Assembly: GCA_963815115.1 (NCBI GenBank)
Contig: CAWFFN010000009.1
Coordinates: 1,344,001-1,408,000 of the forward strand
Source of the DNA: an uncultured delta proteobacterium
Lineage (GTDB): Bacteria > Desulfobacterota > Binatia > DP-6
Length of the DNA: 64,000 bases
Direction of reading: 5' to 3'
How positions within the stretch are numbered: position 1 is the stretch's first letter; the number at the start of each line of letters is the position of its first letter. The notes below the pieces were generated by a model, which saw nothing but the letters and a program-made list of their open reading frames with translations, searched no databases and was not told the DNA's origin. Both the position numbers and the translations under genes were made by a program. Shown one piece after another: positions 40,407 to 51,378 of this stretch.

Positions 40407-41180
40407 TCAGGGGGGCGGGGGCTGCGCTTGCTCGGCGCGCAGGCGATCGAGCAGCGCCACGTAGGACTGCGGGCCGAGCGTGAGGGCGCCACGAAACGGC
40501 GTCTGCGTCTCGTGAATCAGGATCAGCGTCGAGCAGATGGTGGCCGCGAGCGCGCCCGCGATCACCCGGTGCGTGCGGACGCTCTCCATCCCGAACAGGT
40601 AGGTGAAGGCGACCGTGACGATGCCGAACACCACCAGGTAGCCCCACACGATGGCGGGAACGTTCCGGTTGGCGAACAGCACGCGCTCGCGTCGCGCCGT
40701 GCTGAGCGCATCCATCTGCTCGACGGTCGTCTGCCAGAGGGAGGTCTGCTTGTCGCCGTGCAGCTCGATGCCGAGCACGGCCGTCCACAGCCGGGCGTAC
40801 TCGTCCCAGCCTTCCGAGCTGGCCTCGGCGCGCTCCATCGCCGGCCACTCGTCCTGGATCACGATGCGCAGGTAGTCGGCGAGAGCCGTGCGCAGGCGGG
40901 CGGCGTCCGCCGGCGAGAAGCCCTGCGCGTGCCGGCTCAGGTTGCCGGCGGCATCGACCTCCATCTCGAGGGTGTGCCTGACGTTCTCGAACTGCTCCCA
41001 CGAGTCCACCAGCACGAACGCGAGGATGACGCCGTACAGCGTCGCCAGCACGGCGTAGGCGATCCCGGCGACCTCGTGCTGCTTGCGCAGGGCGTCCAGC
41101 GACACGCGACGTTCCACCACCACCAGGCCGAGGACGGCGAGCGTCACTGCCAGAACCAGGACGACGAGTTCGGTCAGCAC
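40407..41180 (-). CDS. DUF4239 (bestrophin-like) membrane protein
   Basis: LYGVILAFVLVDSWE, DYLRIVIQDEWPAM, ARRER, PFRG. Confidence 0.8.
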   Translation of the reverse strand: MLTELVVLVLAVTLAVLGLVVVERRVSLDALRKQHEVAGIAYAVLATLYGVILAFVLVDSWEQFENVRHTLEMEVDAAGNLSRHAQGFSPADAARLRTALADYLRIVIQDEWPAMERAEASSEGWDEYARLWTAVLGIELHGDKQTSLWQTTVEQMDALSTARRERVLFANRNVPAIVWGYLVVFGIVTVAFTYLFGMESVRTHRVIAGALAATICSTLILIHETQTPFRGALTLGPQSYVALLDRLRAEQAQPPPP

Positions 41181-41428
41181 GATTCCCTACCGCTCTTATT
41201 CACCCATTCCACGACGCTCGATAGCATCGCGGCTGCGAAAGGACGACGTGGGCGATCACGAATCGACGACGGGTGAGCGCGATCCGGCACGGAATGGGCC
41301 TGCCGTTCCAGGGGAGCCCGTGGCGGTCCCCGCGAGAGTGGGGTAGTCACGGGGCGCGACGCACTCGGAGGCGCGCCGGGTCTCCAGCACGCTTTGGGCG
41401 GGCCGCTTCACGGGTGCAGAGCAGGGAG

Positions 41429-42467
41429 ATGACGAGGTCGAGTCTGGCGCTGGACCGCGGCGGGGTCCTCTGGGGCGCAGTGGCCGTTGCGCTCGCCCTC
41501 GCGCTCGGAGCGCTCGGCAGCGGTGGTCTGCGGTGGTTCGACGCGGCACTCGCCGGCTATCTGCTCGGGACGCTGTTCGCCATCTTCGGGACCGTTTACC
41601 GCTACCGCGTGTGGTTGCGGCGCCCGCCCACCGCACTGCTCAACCGCCGGGGATGGGAAGCGTTCCGGCGCGGGGGCGTGGGGAACGTCGCGCGTCTGCT
41701 CGGGCTGGTATCGACCAACCTCGTCGGGCAGGCGTTCATACGCCACCGCTCCACCTCGCGCTGGATCGCGCACCAGCTCGTCTTCTGGGGCTGCGTCCTG
41801 GCCGCGCTCGTGACCTTCCCACTCGTCTTCGGCTGGCTCCACTTCGAGTCGGTCGGCCAGGACGCCGTCACGGTATCGCGCCTTCGTCGCGAACGTCGCC
41901 GTTCTCGGCTTCGATTCCCACGGCATCGTCGGCTGGCTGATGTTCCACGCGCTCGACGTCGCCGCTGTCCTCGTCCTGGCGGGCGTCTTCCTGTTTCTCG
42001 GCCGCCGCGTTCGCGACCCCGGGGCGCTCGCGGTCGAGCGCGCCAACGACTTCCTCGCCCTCGCCGGCCTGTTCGCCGTGTCCGTGACCGGTTTGATGCT
42101 CACGGCCTCGGCGCTCTGGATGGGCGGCCGCTTCTACACGTTCCTGACCACCGTGCACGCCCTGACCGTGATCATGGGGCTGATGTACCTCCCGTTCGGC
42201 AAGCTCTTCCACATCTTCCAGCGACCCGCGAATCTCGGCGTGCAGTTCTACCGGCAGGCCGGCGCCGACGGGCCGCCGCAGCACTGCTGCGAGTGCGGCG
42301 CCGCGTTCGCCTCCGCGCTGCAGGTCGGGGATCTCAAGGACGTCCTGCCGCAGGTCGGATTCGACTACGCGCTGGCGGGCGGCGGTCACTATCAGGACGT
42401 CTGCCCGGCCTGCCGCCGGCGCCTGGTGGCGCTCGCGCAGACGCGACGCGTCGCGGGGTTCGGCTGA
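41429..42467 (+). CDS. NarI-like polytopic membrane protein with C-terminal Cys4 ribbon; +1 frameshift near 41868
   Basis: YRYRVWLRRPPT, RWIAHQLVFWG, MFHALD, VHALTV, LPFGKLFHIFQRPA, CCECG...CPAC; halves join on removing one base. Confidence 0.72.
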
Positions 42468-44705
42468 TGGCCACGCCCCCCGCTGAGCGACGCGGAGCTG
42501 ATCGCGCGCTACGGACCGCACCTCAACGAGGCGCCCCCGGGCGGATGGAACCAGGGCCTGGACGTCGACCGCGAGGTGAAGACGCATTGCTGCTTCTGCG
42601 GCCAGCAGTGCGGCATCATCCTCAAGGTGAAGGACGAGCGGGTGGTCGGGTTCGAACCCTGGTACGAGTTCCCCTTCAACGAAGGCAAGCTCTGCCCGAA
42701 GGGCGTCAAGCGGTACCTGCAGGGCGAACCATCCCGATCGCCTGCTCGAGCCACTCGAGCGTGCGCCGGACGCGCCGGGCGGCTTCCGGCCGATCGGCTG
42801 GGACGCCGCCCTCGATCGCGTGGTGGCCGAGATCCGGCGCATCCAGGGCGCCCACGGTCCCGATGCGTTCGCGATGCTCTCGGGCGTCTCGCTGACGAAC
42901 GAGAAGTCCTACCTGGTCGGCAAGTTCGCCCGCCTGGCGCTGGGCACGGCCAATCTCGACTACAACGGCCGGCTCTGCATGGTCTCGGCCGGCGCCGCGA
43001 ACAAGAAGGCGCTCGGCATCGACCGGGCGAGCAACCCGTGGAGCGACATCCGCCTGGCCGACGTGGTGTTCGTCGCCGGGGCGAACGTCGCCGAGTGCGC
43101 TCCCGATCACCACCAGCTACATCTGGCAGGCGCGCGACCGGGGCGCGACGCTGATCGTCGCCGATCCCCGCGTCACCCCGCTGGCGCGCACCGCCGACGT
43201 GTTTCTCGGCCTGCGTCCGGGCACCGATTCGGCGCTCATGGGCACGATCCTGCACGTGCTCATCGTGCGCGACTGGCTCGATCACGACTTCATCGATCAG
43301 CACACCGAGGGCTTCGCGGAAGCGGCCGAGGCCGTGCGCGACTACACGCCGGCCTGGGGCGCCCGCGTGACCGGCGTCCCGGCGGCGCGCATCGAGCGCG
43401 CCGCCGAGCTCTGGGGAACCGCGAGGACGGGTATGCTTGCTGCACGCGCGCGGGATCGAGCACCACACCAAGGGCGTCGAGAACGTCCTGTCGTGCATCA
43501 ATCTCGGGCTGGCGACCGGCAAGTACGGCAAGCCCGGGTGCGGCGTGACGACGATCACGGGCCAGGGCAACGGCCAGGGCGGCCGCGAGCAGGGACACAA
43601 GTGCGACCAGCTGCCGGGCAATCGCGACATCACGAATCCCGAGCACCGCGCCTACGTCGCCTCCGTGTGGGGCTGCGACGTCGCCGAGATCCCGGGCAAG
43701 GGCAAGACCGCACAGGAGATCATGGACGCGATCCATGCCGGCGAGATCAAGGGCCTGCTCTCGATCTGCTTCAATCCCGCGGTCTCGCTGCCCGACACCA
43801 CCTTCACCGCCGCGGCGCTGGACCGCCTCGAGTTCTATGCCGTCATCGACTTCTTCCTCTCGGAGTCCGCGCGACACGCCGACGTCGTCCTGCCGGGATC
43901 GCTGCACGAGGAGGACGAGGGCACCTCGACGACGGTGGAGGGACGCGTCGTCAAGATCAATGCCGCCATCCGCCCGCCCGGCAAGGCCCGGCGCGATTGG
44001 CAGATCCTCGTCGACCTGGCGCACCGGCTCGGGAAGGGCCGGTACTTCCCCTACGGCAGCACGCGGCAGATCTTCGACGAGCTGCGCGTCGCCTCGCACG
44101 GCGGGACCGCCGACTACACCGGGATCACCTGGCAACGCGTCGAGGACGAGCTCGGCGTCTTCTGGCCGTGCCCGGCGGAGGGCCATCCCGGCACGCCGCG
44201 CCTGTTCGAAGGCGGGCGCTTCTACACCGACACCGGCCGAGCCAGGTTCCACCCCGTCCGCCATCGCCCGCCCGCCGAGGTCGTCGACGACGAGTTCCCG
44301 GTCTGGCTGACCACCGGTCGCGTCGTGAGCCAGTACCTGTCGGGGACCCAGACCCGCCGCATCGCGCCGCTGGTCGCGCAGTATCCGGAGCCACTGTGCG
44401 AGATGCATCCGCTCCTCGCCGCGCGCCACGGCATCCAGGACGGGGACGTGGTCCGGGTGACGTCGCGCCGCGGCGCCATGACCCTGCCGGCGGCGGTCGT
44501 CGAGACCATCCGGCCCGACACGGTCTTCATCCCCTATCACTGGGCCGGACGGCAGGCCGCCAATCAGCTCACCCATCGCGACCTCGACCCGATCTCGAAG
44601 ATCCCGGAGTACAAGGTGTCGGCGGTCCGTATCGAGCGCGTGGGTCCGGGCGGTGCGGTGCGAGATGCGCGCGACCTGTCGCTGCGCACGGGGAGCGCGT
44701 CGTGA
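42467..44705 (+). CDS. Molybdopterin oxidoreductase catalytic subunit (NasA/NarB-like); four +1 frameshifts (about 42480, 42726, 43102, 43437)
   Basis: Reconstructed [19 protein letters not shown]..., [66 protein letters not shown]. Confidence 0.85.
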
Positions 44706-45331
44706 CCCGTCTCGCGGGCGTCGGGGAGAAGATCTTCGTCATCGATCAGAGCCGCTGCATCGGCTGCCAGTCGTGCGTCCAGGCCTGCGGCGAGTGCGGC
44801 ACCCATCGCGGGCACTCGATGATCCATCTGGACTTCGTCGACCGCGGCGCCAGCACGCAGACGGCTCCGATGGTGTGCATGCATTGCGAGGACCCGACGT
44901 GCGCCGAGGTGTGTCCCGCCGACGCCATCAAGCAGAACGAGGACGGCATCGTGCAGTCGGCGCTGAAGCCGCGATGCATCGCCTGCGCCAACTGCGTCCT
45001 GGCCTGCCCCTTCGGGGTCCCGAAGCTCCTGGTCGAGCTCAACCAGATGATGAAGTGCGACATGTGCTACGACCGCACCTCGCAGGACCTCGCCCCGATG
45101 TGCGCCTCGGTCTGTCCGAGCCAGGCGTTGTGGTTCGGGACGCGCGAGCAGTTCGCCGCCGGCCGCGCCGGCGTGCTCGTGAACGACTTCGTGTTCGGGC
45201 GCCAGGCCGTGCGCACCAAGGTCTACACGGTCGCGCGCGAGGCCGGACCGCTCGACGTGCTGGCGGGGCGGCAGGCACGAGCGTGGCAGGACGATCCCTT
45301 CGGCCTCGACGAGGAGGGCGCGCATGGCTGA
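44702..45331 (+). CDS. 4Fe-4S dicluster electron-transfer subunit (DmsB/NrfC-like)
   Basis: [42 protein letters not shown]...CASVCP; GTGA overlap. Confidence 0.9.
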   Translation: MTRLAGVGEKIFVIDQSRCIGCQSCVQACGECGTHRGHSMIHLDFVDRGASTQTAPMVCMHCEDPTCAEVCPADAIKQNEDGIVQSALKPRCIACANCVLACPFGVPKLLVELNQMMKCDMCYDRTSQDLAPMCASVCPSQALWFGTREQFAAGRAGVLVNDFVFGRQAVRTKVYTVAREAGPLDVLAGRQARAWQDDPFGLDEEGAHG

Positions 45332-45822
45332 CGCGGACACCCCGAAGTGGCGGGTCGATTTCCCGTTCACGGCCGCCGGCGAGGACGACGTGACGCGCCG
45401 GGAATTCGCGCGCTATCTGGTGCTCGCGTCGGGGACGTTCGCCGCCGGCAGCGTCGGCGTCGCCCTGCTGACGACCCTGCGCCCGGTCAAGCGCGGCGCG
45501 CCGCGGGCGATCGTCGCCTCGCACGCGCTGCCTCCGGGCGCGACGTACCTGTTCCGTTACCCCACGGAGTTCGACCCGGCCATGCTGGTGCGCTTTCGCG
45601 GCGGTGATCTGCGCGCCTATAGCCAGAAGTGCACGCACCTCGGCTGTGTCGTCACCTGGGATCCGGCGAGCGAGCAGATGCTCTGTCCCTGTCACGAGGG
45701 CGTGTTCGACGCGCGCAGCGGGCTGGTCGTCGCCGGGCCGCCGCAGCGTCCGCTCGGGCGCATCGAGGTCGAGGAGCGGGCCGACGGCATGGTGTGGGCG
45801 CTCGGGGCGGGAGGTCGACTGA
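45324..45822 (+). CDS. Rieske [2Fe-2S] protein with Tat-like N-terminal anchor (reads through into next gene as assembled)
   Basis: [11 protein letters not shown] + [24 protein letters not shown]; removing one G near 45805 gives WALGREVD* with TGATG overlap. Confidence 0.82.
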
Positions 45823-46013
45823 TGGCCCGGGCGCGCCAGGTGTCCTCCGCGATCGGGATATTCGTCGGCGTGCTGCTCGCGCTGCAGGTCTTCCTGCTCT
45901 CGGTCGGGCTCGACGCCCTGCACGCGCACGACGAGCGGCTCGCGTGGACCGCGGCAGCGCTCTCGGTCGTGCTCGCCGCCGGGTCGGGCGCCTTCTACCG
46001 GTATCTGCGCTGA
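45822..46013 (+). CDS. Small two-TM protein (DUF6755-like)
   Basis: [33 protein letters not shown]...WTAAALSVVLAAG; TGATG coupling on both sides. Confidence 0.6.
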   Translation: MARARQVSSAIGIFVGVLLALQVFLLSVGLDALHAHDERLAWTAAALSVVLAAGSGAFYRYLR

Positions 46014-46695
46014 TGGCGGGCGAGCCGGGTCGCGTCCCGCCCGCACCACCCGGGTCCGATCGGCGGCGACATGGCGGCGGTCCTGTGGGGCATCGCGCGC
46101 CGGCTCCAGCTGCCGGCCCTCGAGGCCCGTCATTCCCAGATCGGCGTCCTCGGTCTGTTCGCCCTGGTGAACGGCGTCATCTCCATCGGGCTGATGGCGA
46201 TGGCAGCCTTGCTGACGGGCGCTCCGTTCATCTTCCCGTCGCTGGGACCCACCGCGTTTCTGCTCTTCTACACGCCGACCCTCCCCGCGGCGTCGCCGCG
46301 CAACACGCTCGGCGGGCATCTGATCGGCGCCCTCGCCGGCTATCTGGCGCTGGTCGTCTTCGGCCTCACGGAACGCGGCCCGGCGCTGGCCTCCGGGGTG
46401 GAGTGGGCGAACGTCGGCGCGGCCGCGCTGTCGCTCGGTCTGACCAGCGGCGCCATGGTCTGGCTGCAAGGTTCCGCACCCGCCGGCAGGCGCGACCACC
46501 CTCATCGTCTCGCTCGGCATCCTGCACCGGCCCTGGCAGCTCGCCGTGCTGATGCTCGCCGTCGCCCTCCTGCTCGTCCAGGGCTTCGTGATCAACCGCC
46601 TGGCGGGCATCGACTATCCGGTCTGGGCGCCGCGGCCGGGTCCGGCACCAGGCGCGCCGCCCGCGCGCGTCCCCGATCGGACGAGCGTCACCTGA
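46013..46695 (+). CDS. HPP-family membrane protein; +1 frameshifts near 46050-46070 and 46468
   Basis: PSLGPTAFLLF, ASPRNTLGGH, and after correction KVPHPPAGATTL. Confidence 0.78.
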
Positions 46696-47004
46696 GGCTC
46701 GTGCGGCCGCTCCGTGAGCGTGCCGCGATGCGGTCGACGCCGATCAGTCGAATCCTTTGTGCGACGATGGCGAGCACCTTCACTTCAGCGTATGTGGGAA
46801 CGTTTCTCTCGTCGCGCTGCCGACACCGCGATCGGCCAATCGCGGGCGCGACGAGCGATATCCCGAGCGTGGGCTCGCAGCCTACCGAGCATCCGGCTCG
46901 TGTGGTGGCCGGAGCAGGAACAGGACCCTGCCTAGCGTGACGTGAGGAAGATGCTCCCACTGGAGGCGGTTGGGCGGTTTGCGCGCGCTGCGTCGTTTGA
47001 CGTC

Positions 47005-47880
47005 TCACTCCGGCGCGCCGAAGTTGTTGGGCTCGAGAGCCTGGCGGGGGGTGAGCCCGAAGCCGATGTGGGTGCCGAAGACCGCCATTGCGAGCGCCTG
47101 GAATGCGGGCGGAGGTGTGATCGCGTTGGGCTGCTTCGTGGACACCACTTCGATCGTCGTCCGGCGGGCGGGCGAGTACATCGCGATCGACTCGTAGCCG
47201 GCGAAGCTGCCGGTTCCACCGATGAAGCCACCGGTCTTGACGAAGCCCAGTCCGTACTTCCATCGCCCCGGTCCGTTGTAGCCCCCTGCGAACTCGAACG
47301 GCACCGCATCCTTGTTCGCCGCCTTCCACACTGCCCGTTTGAGCAGCGCACCGGTCGCCAATGCCCGGGCCCACACGCGCATGTCAGCGAGTGTGGAGAC
47401 CATGCCCCCGTGCGCCCACAGGCACGACGCCGGCAAGGGCGTGGCGTCATCCGAGGCCGTCGGCGCCTGCGTCGGGAAGGTCTCTCCGGTCCCGTACCCG
47501 TGGGTGAACGGCGCGCTCAGGCCGTTGCCCGAGGTTGGAAGGAGGGTTCGACGGAGACCCAGCGGCGTGGCGATGCGTTGCTGAAGCGCCGTGCTGAGAT
47601 CCTGGCCGGTGACCAGCTCCACAACCCGGCCGAGCAGGTTGTAGCCGTAGTTGCTGTAAGACCATTTCGTACCCGGTGCCGCGATCGGAGGAGCCGTCGC
47701 CTCGATCGTGAGCAGCTCGTCGACGGTACAGCCGGTGGCGAGCTTCGCCTGGATGGCCGGGAGGGAGAAGCCATCCCCGAGACCGCTGGTGTGATTGAGC
47801 AGCTGTCGGATCGTGACCTGATCTCCGTTGGGGACAGCAGCGATCCACTTGGAGATGTGGTCATCGAGAGAGACCGTGCG
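47005..47880 (-). pseudogene. 5'-truncated serine hydrolase (beta-lactamase family)
   Basis: VSLDDHISKW, VTIRQLLNHTSG, WSYSNYGYNLLG, KYGLG; in-frame TGA just upstream, SxxK motif and start missing. Confidence 0.75.
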
Positions 47881-48311
47881 CTCAGCCCCCGTTCGGACCC
47901 GCTCGGGTCAGTCGTCCTCACTGCCGTGCCCGTGAGGAAGCCAGGCGTCGACTCGCACTCCTGCTGGCCCCGGTCAAGCCAGCGTCCGCGAACGCCGAGC
48001 CGCTGCTGTCGCAACCGGCGCCGCCGTCGCCGCGCTTCCGCGTCTTCGCCGGTCGACCAGCTGGGAACGATAAACGCCCGTTTCGGCGAACGCTGACCGA
48101 ATGCCCCGTTCTCAGACGTTCCTCTGGACACATCCGCCGTCTATTGCCACTGCTCGCGGTGTCGCACGCGAGTGGCGCCGCTTTCGGGGCGAATGCCGAC
48201 GTCCGGCGGAAGCACTGGACGCTGGCCTCGGGCGAGGATCTCCTCCGTGAGTTCGATTCTCCTCTGTTTCTCGGTCCCTCGGCATCGTCAGCTGCGACGC
48301 GTCGGATTCGC

Positions 48312-48680
48312 CTACGGCGCCGGATAGACTGCTTCGATCATCGAGCTGCTCGACAGCACTTCGACCGACGCGCGGATGGAGCTCCTGCCACCGTCAACGG
48401 TGATCTCGCAGAAGCGATCGCCTGACGCGCCGTGGCCTGGCGCAGCTCGCGTTTCAAGCGGCGGGATGGTGAACCCCACGTGCCCGGTCGTTCCCCCGTT
48501 CAGATCGAAGACGTCGATCCTGGCGACGACGGTCTTGAGGCTCACGTTCGTCACCAGACAGAAGAAGGTCCCGTCGTCGTCTGGGATCACTGGTGGGGTG
48601 AAGATGGTCGTCGCGTGCGCTGCCGCGGCCAGGATCACGGGAAGCACGCTGGCAAGCACAAGTCTTGGGAAGAAGTTCAT
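48312..48680 (-). CDS. Small secreted beta-rich hypothetical protein
   Basis: MNFFPRLVLASVLPVILAAAAHA signal peptide; CLVTNVS and FCEITV Cys pair; AAAGGA RBS. Confidence 0.7.
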   Translation of the reverse strand: MNFFPRLVLASVLPVILAAAAHATTIFTPPVIPDDDGTFFCLVTNVSLKTVVARIDVFDLNGGTTGHVGFTIPPLETRAAPGHGASGDRFCEITVDGGRSSIRASVEVLSSSSMIEAVYPAP

Positions 48681-48880
48681 CAGACACATCCTTTCGGGCG
48701 CGCGGCGCCCGGCTTTGGTCTTGGTCCGCTGATCGTTCACGGAACCGTCTGGAGCTTGGAGAGCATCAGCACCACGGAAGGGCGCTCCCTTTCGGGGTAG
48801 CGGCTGCGAACGGAACCGCCGAGACGGTATCGGTCCGACGGGAGACATGGCGGCCCGTAGCAGCGCTGAGCCGACTGCGG

Positions 48881-50311
48881 TCAGGGTATGCCCCTACCGG
48901 CCGGTCCACCTTCGGGATCTATCGCGCCGTTCCCAGGAGAGCTCGTGGTCGTGGTCGAGGTGGCTACTGCGCTGAACCGGTCCTGCTGGACGTTGAAGCG
49001 CACGCCATCGGACTGCAGCCACACGGCGATCGCGTTGCCGTTCGCGTCCGCGCCGACGGCCGGATTGAAGGCGCTGCCGGCGTCGTCGGATTCGAGCAGC
49101 TGCGCCGCGGCGCCCCACCCGGAGCCCGGACCGGAACCTTGCGCGTAGCGGTTTGCGTAGATACTCCAATTCGTCCCGGAGCCAGTGTTCTGCACCCACA
49201 CGGCAATTGCATTGCCGCTCGGGTCCATGGTGATCGCAGGAGCGACCGCTTCCCCGACATTGGACTCGACCAGCTGCGCACCGCCCCAGTAGTTCGAATC
49301 CAAGGTGTATCGGTTCGCCCGGATGTGTCCTGACTCAGCCCATACGGCCGTGGCATTGCCGGCGGGGTCGACGGCGACCTTGGCCGAAGTGATGGAGAGG
49401 GACAACCCATCGGATATCTGCAGCGGCGTACTCCACGAACCGAAATTATCGAAATAGTGGGCTGCCCAGACGCTCAGGAGCCCACCGAGACCGAGACCGT
49501 ATTGCTGCCGCCACACCGCGATCGGGATGCCCGACTGGTCTGCCGCAATCTCGACATCGAAGGCTTCGACCCCCTCGGGCTGCGAGACCAAGACAGGTGG
49601 ATCCCAGGTACCGAACAAGGACTGAAAACGGGTCGAGTACACGCCGAAGTGTTGGCCGTCGTACTGGGTCCATACAGCGAGCGCGTTGATATTGAGGGGG
49701 TCGATGACGACCTTCGGCAGGCTCGCGTCGCCGGGCCTGTGCTCGAGGAGTATCGGTGCACCCCACACGTCATTGAAGGAGTGCGCGGCGTAGATGCTGT
49801 AGCTGTTGCTCTCGATATCCTGCTGCGCCCACACGGCCCAGGCCGAGCCCTCCGGGTCGACCGCGATCCGGGGCGCTTGCGTATCCGTGAGCACGGACTG
49901 GAGGTATTTCGGCGCACTCCATCCAGAACCCGGAACAAAGCGGCTCGCCCGGATTCTCGGCGTCGTGCCGTCATGCTGCAGCCAGATGGCGTGCGCGATG
50001 CCATTTGGAGCGATGGCGACTCGGGGATACTGCGCATCGCCCGAGGCGATGGTTTCGATCAGCTGGAGCGTGCCCAAGCCAGAACCCGTTGTGTAGTTTC
50101 GCGCCCAAATGTTCGTGCGCGGCCCATCGGTCTGCACCCACACGGCGACGGCGTTGCCGTTCGCTGCAACGGCGATGTCGGCGCCCGTCGCGTTGCCCGG
50201 ATCGTTCTCGATCGGTTCCGACGTGCCCCAGCCTTGACCATACGCATTCAGCGAGACCAGAACCCCCAGCGTTGCAATCCACCTGATGACGATTGCCAGC
50301 GCGCGCGTCAT
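48881..50311 (-). CDS. Secreted beta-propeller-like repeat protein
   Basis: Signal peptide; about eight repeats of P.ia.D..GNA.AVW.Q.DG...IyA.Ry..g.gW; Thr-rich tail. Confidence 0.8.
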   Translation of the reverse strand: MTRALAIVIRWIATLGVLVSLNAYGQGWGTSEPIENDPGNATGADIAVAANGNAVAVWVQTDGPRTNIWARNYTTGSGLGTLQLIETIASGDAQYPRVAIAPNGIAHAIWLQHDGTTPRIRASRFVPGSGWSAPKYLQSVLTDTQAPRIAVDPEGSAWAVWAQQDIESNSYSIYAAHSFNDVWGAPILLEHRPGDASLPKVVIDPLNINALAVWTQYDGQHFGVYSTRFQSLFGTWDPPVLVSQPEGVEAFDVEIAADQSGIPIAVWRQQYGLGLGGLLSVWAAHYFDNFGSWSTPLQISDGLSLSITSAKVAVDPAGNATAVWAESGHIRANRYTLDSNYWGGAQLVESNVGEAVAPAITMDPSGNAIAVWVQNTGSGTNWSIYANRYAQGSGPGSGWGAAAQLLESDDAGSAFNPAVGADANGNAIAVWLQSDGVRFNVQQDRFSAVATSTTTTSSPGNGAIDPEGGPAGRGIP

Positions 50312-51378
50312 GACGAACCTCCCATTCTCCGTTCGCACCTCGTGTGCGGTCGTGGGACGCCGCTCCGGGCGCTCCCATGGGTCTCGCTCGCGCGTCTTCG
50401 AGTGGGGGCCGTCGTGCTCCGCGCGCGAGCTAGTGACGTGTCCGGACGCGGACGACCCGCGGCGGGATGCGCGCCGCGTGCACGGGTCGGCGGGCACACG
50501 GATGGTTCCACCCCCACCGCGTCACGCGGGGGACCGGACCAGTCAGCAGCCTGATAGACTGGTAGCGTGCATCCAGGCCGACGCGTATCGGTCTGCGCGG
50601 CCCCGTTCAGCAACGCTCCCTGTCGCCGCGCGGTACGCATCCTGGTGCTCATGCGCTACCCTTCGGGTAGCGGCCCGCTACCCGGTCGTCGTTCGTGCAA
50701 CGCGCGGCGCGGTGCGCCGGCGAACCGAAGATCCGGTCGCTGCGACTACACCCGTACGAACGCCCGCAGCTTGCGAGCAGTGTCGCTGGCACCGAGCCGA
50801 TGCCACACTCACCGTACGCGAGGCGGTGCGCGCGAGAGAGCATCGCTTCACTCGCCGACGCGCACCGCGGCGACGCCTGATGCCGGCCAGCCGTTCTCGG
50901 CGAGAGAATCCGGGGGGCGCACGGACCGATGCGCTCCTGACGATCTCGGCGACGTCGGGAACCGCAGCCTCTTCACGAAGTGCTCGTAGTGGTCTTGCGT
51001 CGAAGCGAGCCCCGCGGAGGCGCGCGAGCAGGACGAGGCGCCGGTGGCGGCGCGCAGAAGCCGCAGGCGGAGAGGGACGTCGTCTTCGATGTGCTCCTTT
51101 CGGCTGTCGGGTGAATCGGGACCCGAGTGGCCGATGTGCCACCCGGCGTCATATCCCCTACGCACGACACCGGATGGCGGATCACCCGCCGCCCCAAAAT
51201 GCCCCCCGAGCGACTCGACGGTGCGGGTGCGCTCCGGCGCGATCGCGCCGGGATACGTGGGCCCGTCCATGGGCCGCGTACGAGAGCCTGGCCGAAAAAC
51301 CGATGGTAACGTTCGCCGAAGGCGAAAATGGGCCGCGGGCGTTGACGCCAGCGGGAGGGAGGCAGTAGTCAGGGCCCC

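Noticed and set aside
45324-46013. Apparent Rieske-small TM fusion protein (229 aa)
   Set aside because: Removing one G gives a stop overlapping the next ATG (TGATG), as at other junctions in this operon; probably two genes
41860-46475. Cluster of frameshifts as programmed frameshifting or phase variation
   Set aside because: All are single-base +1 insertions (also at about 31597), several in short homopolymers, with no slippery heptamers and no accompanying nonsense decay; this fits long-read consensus error
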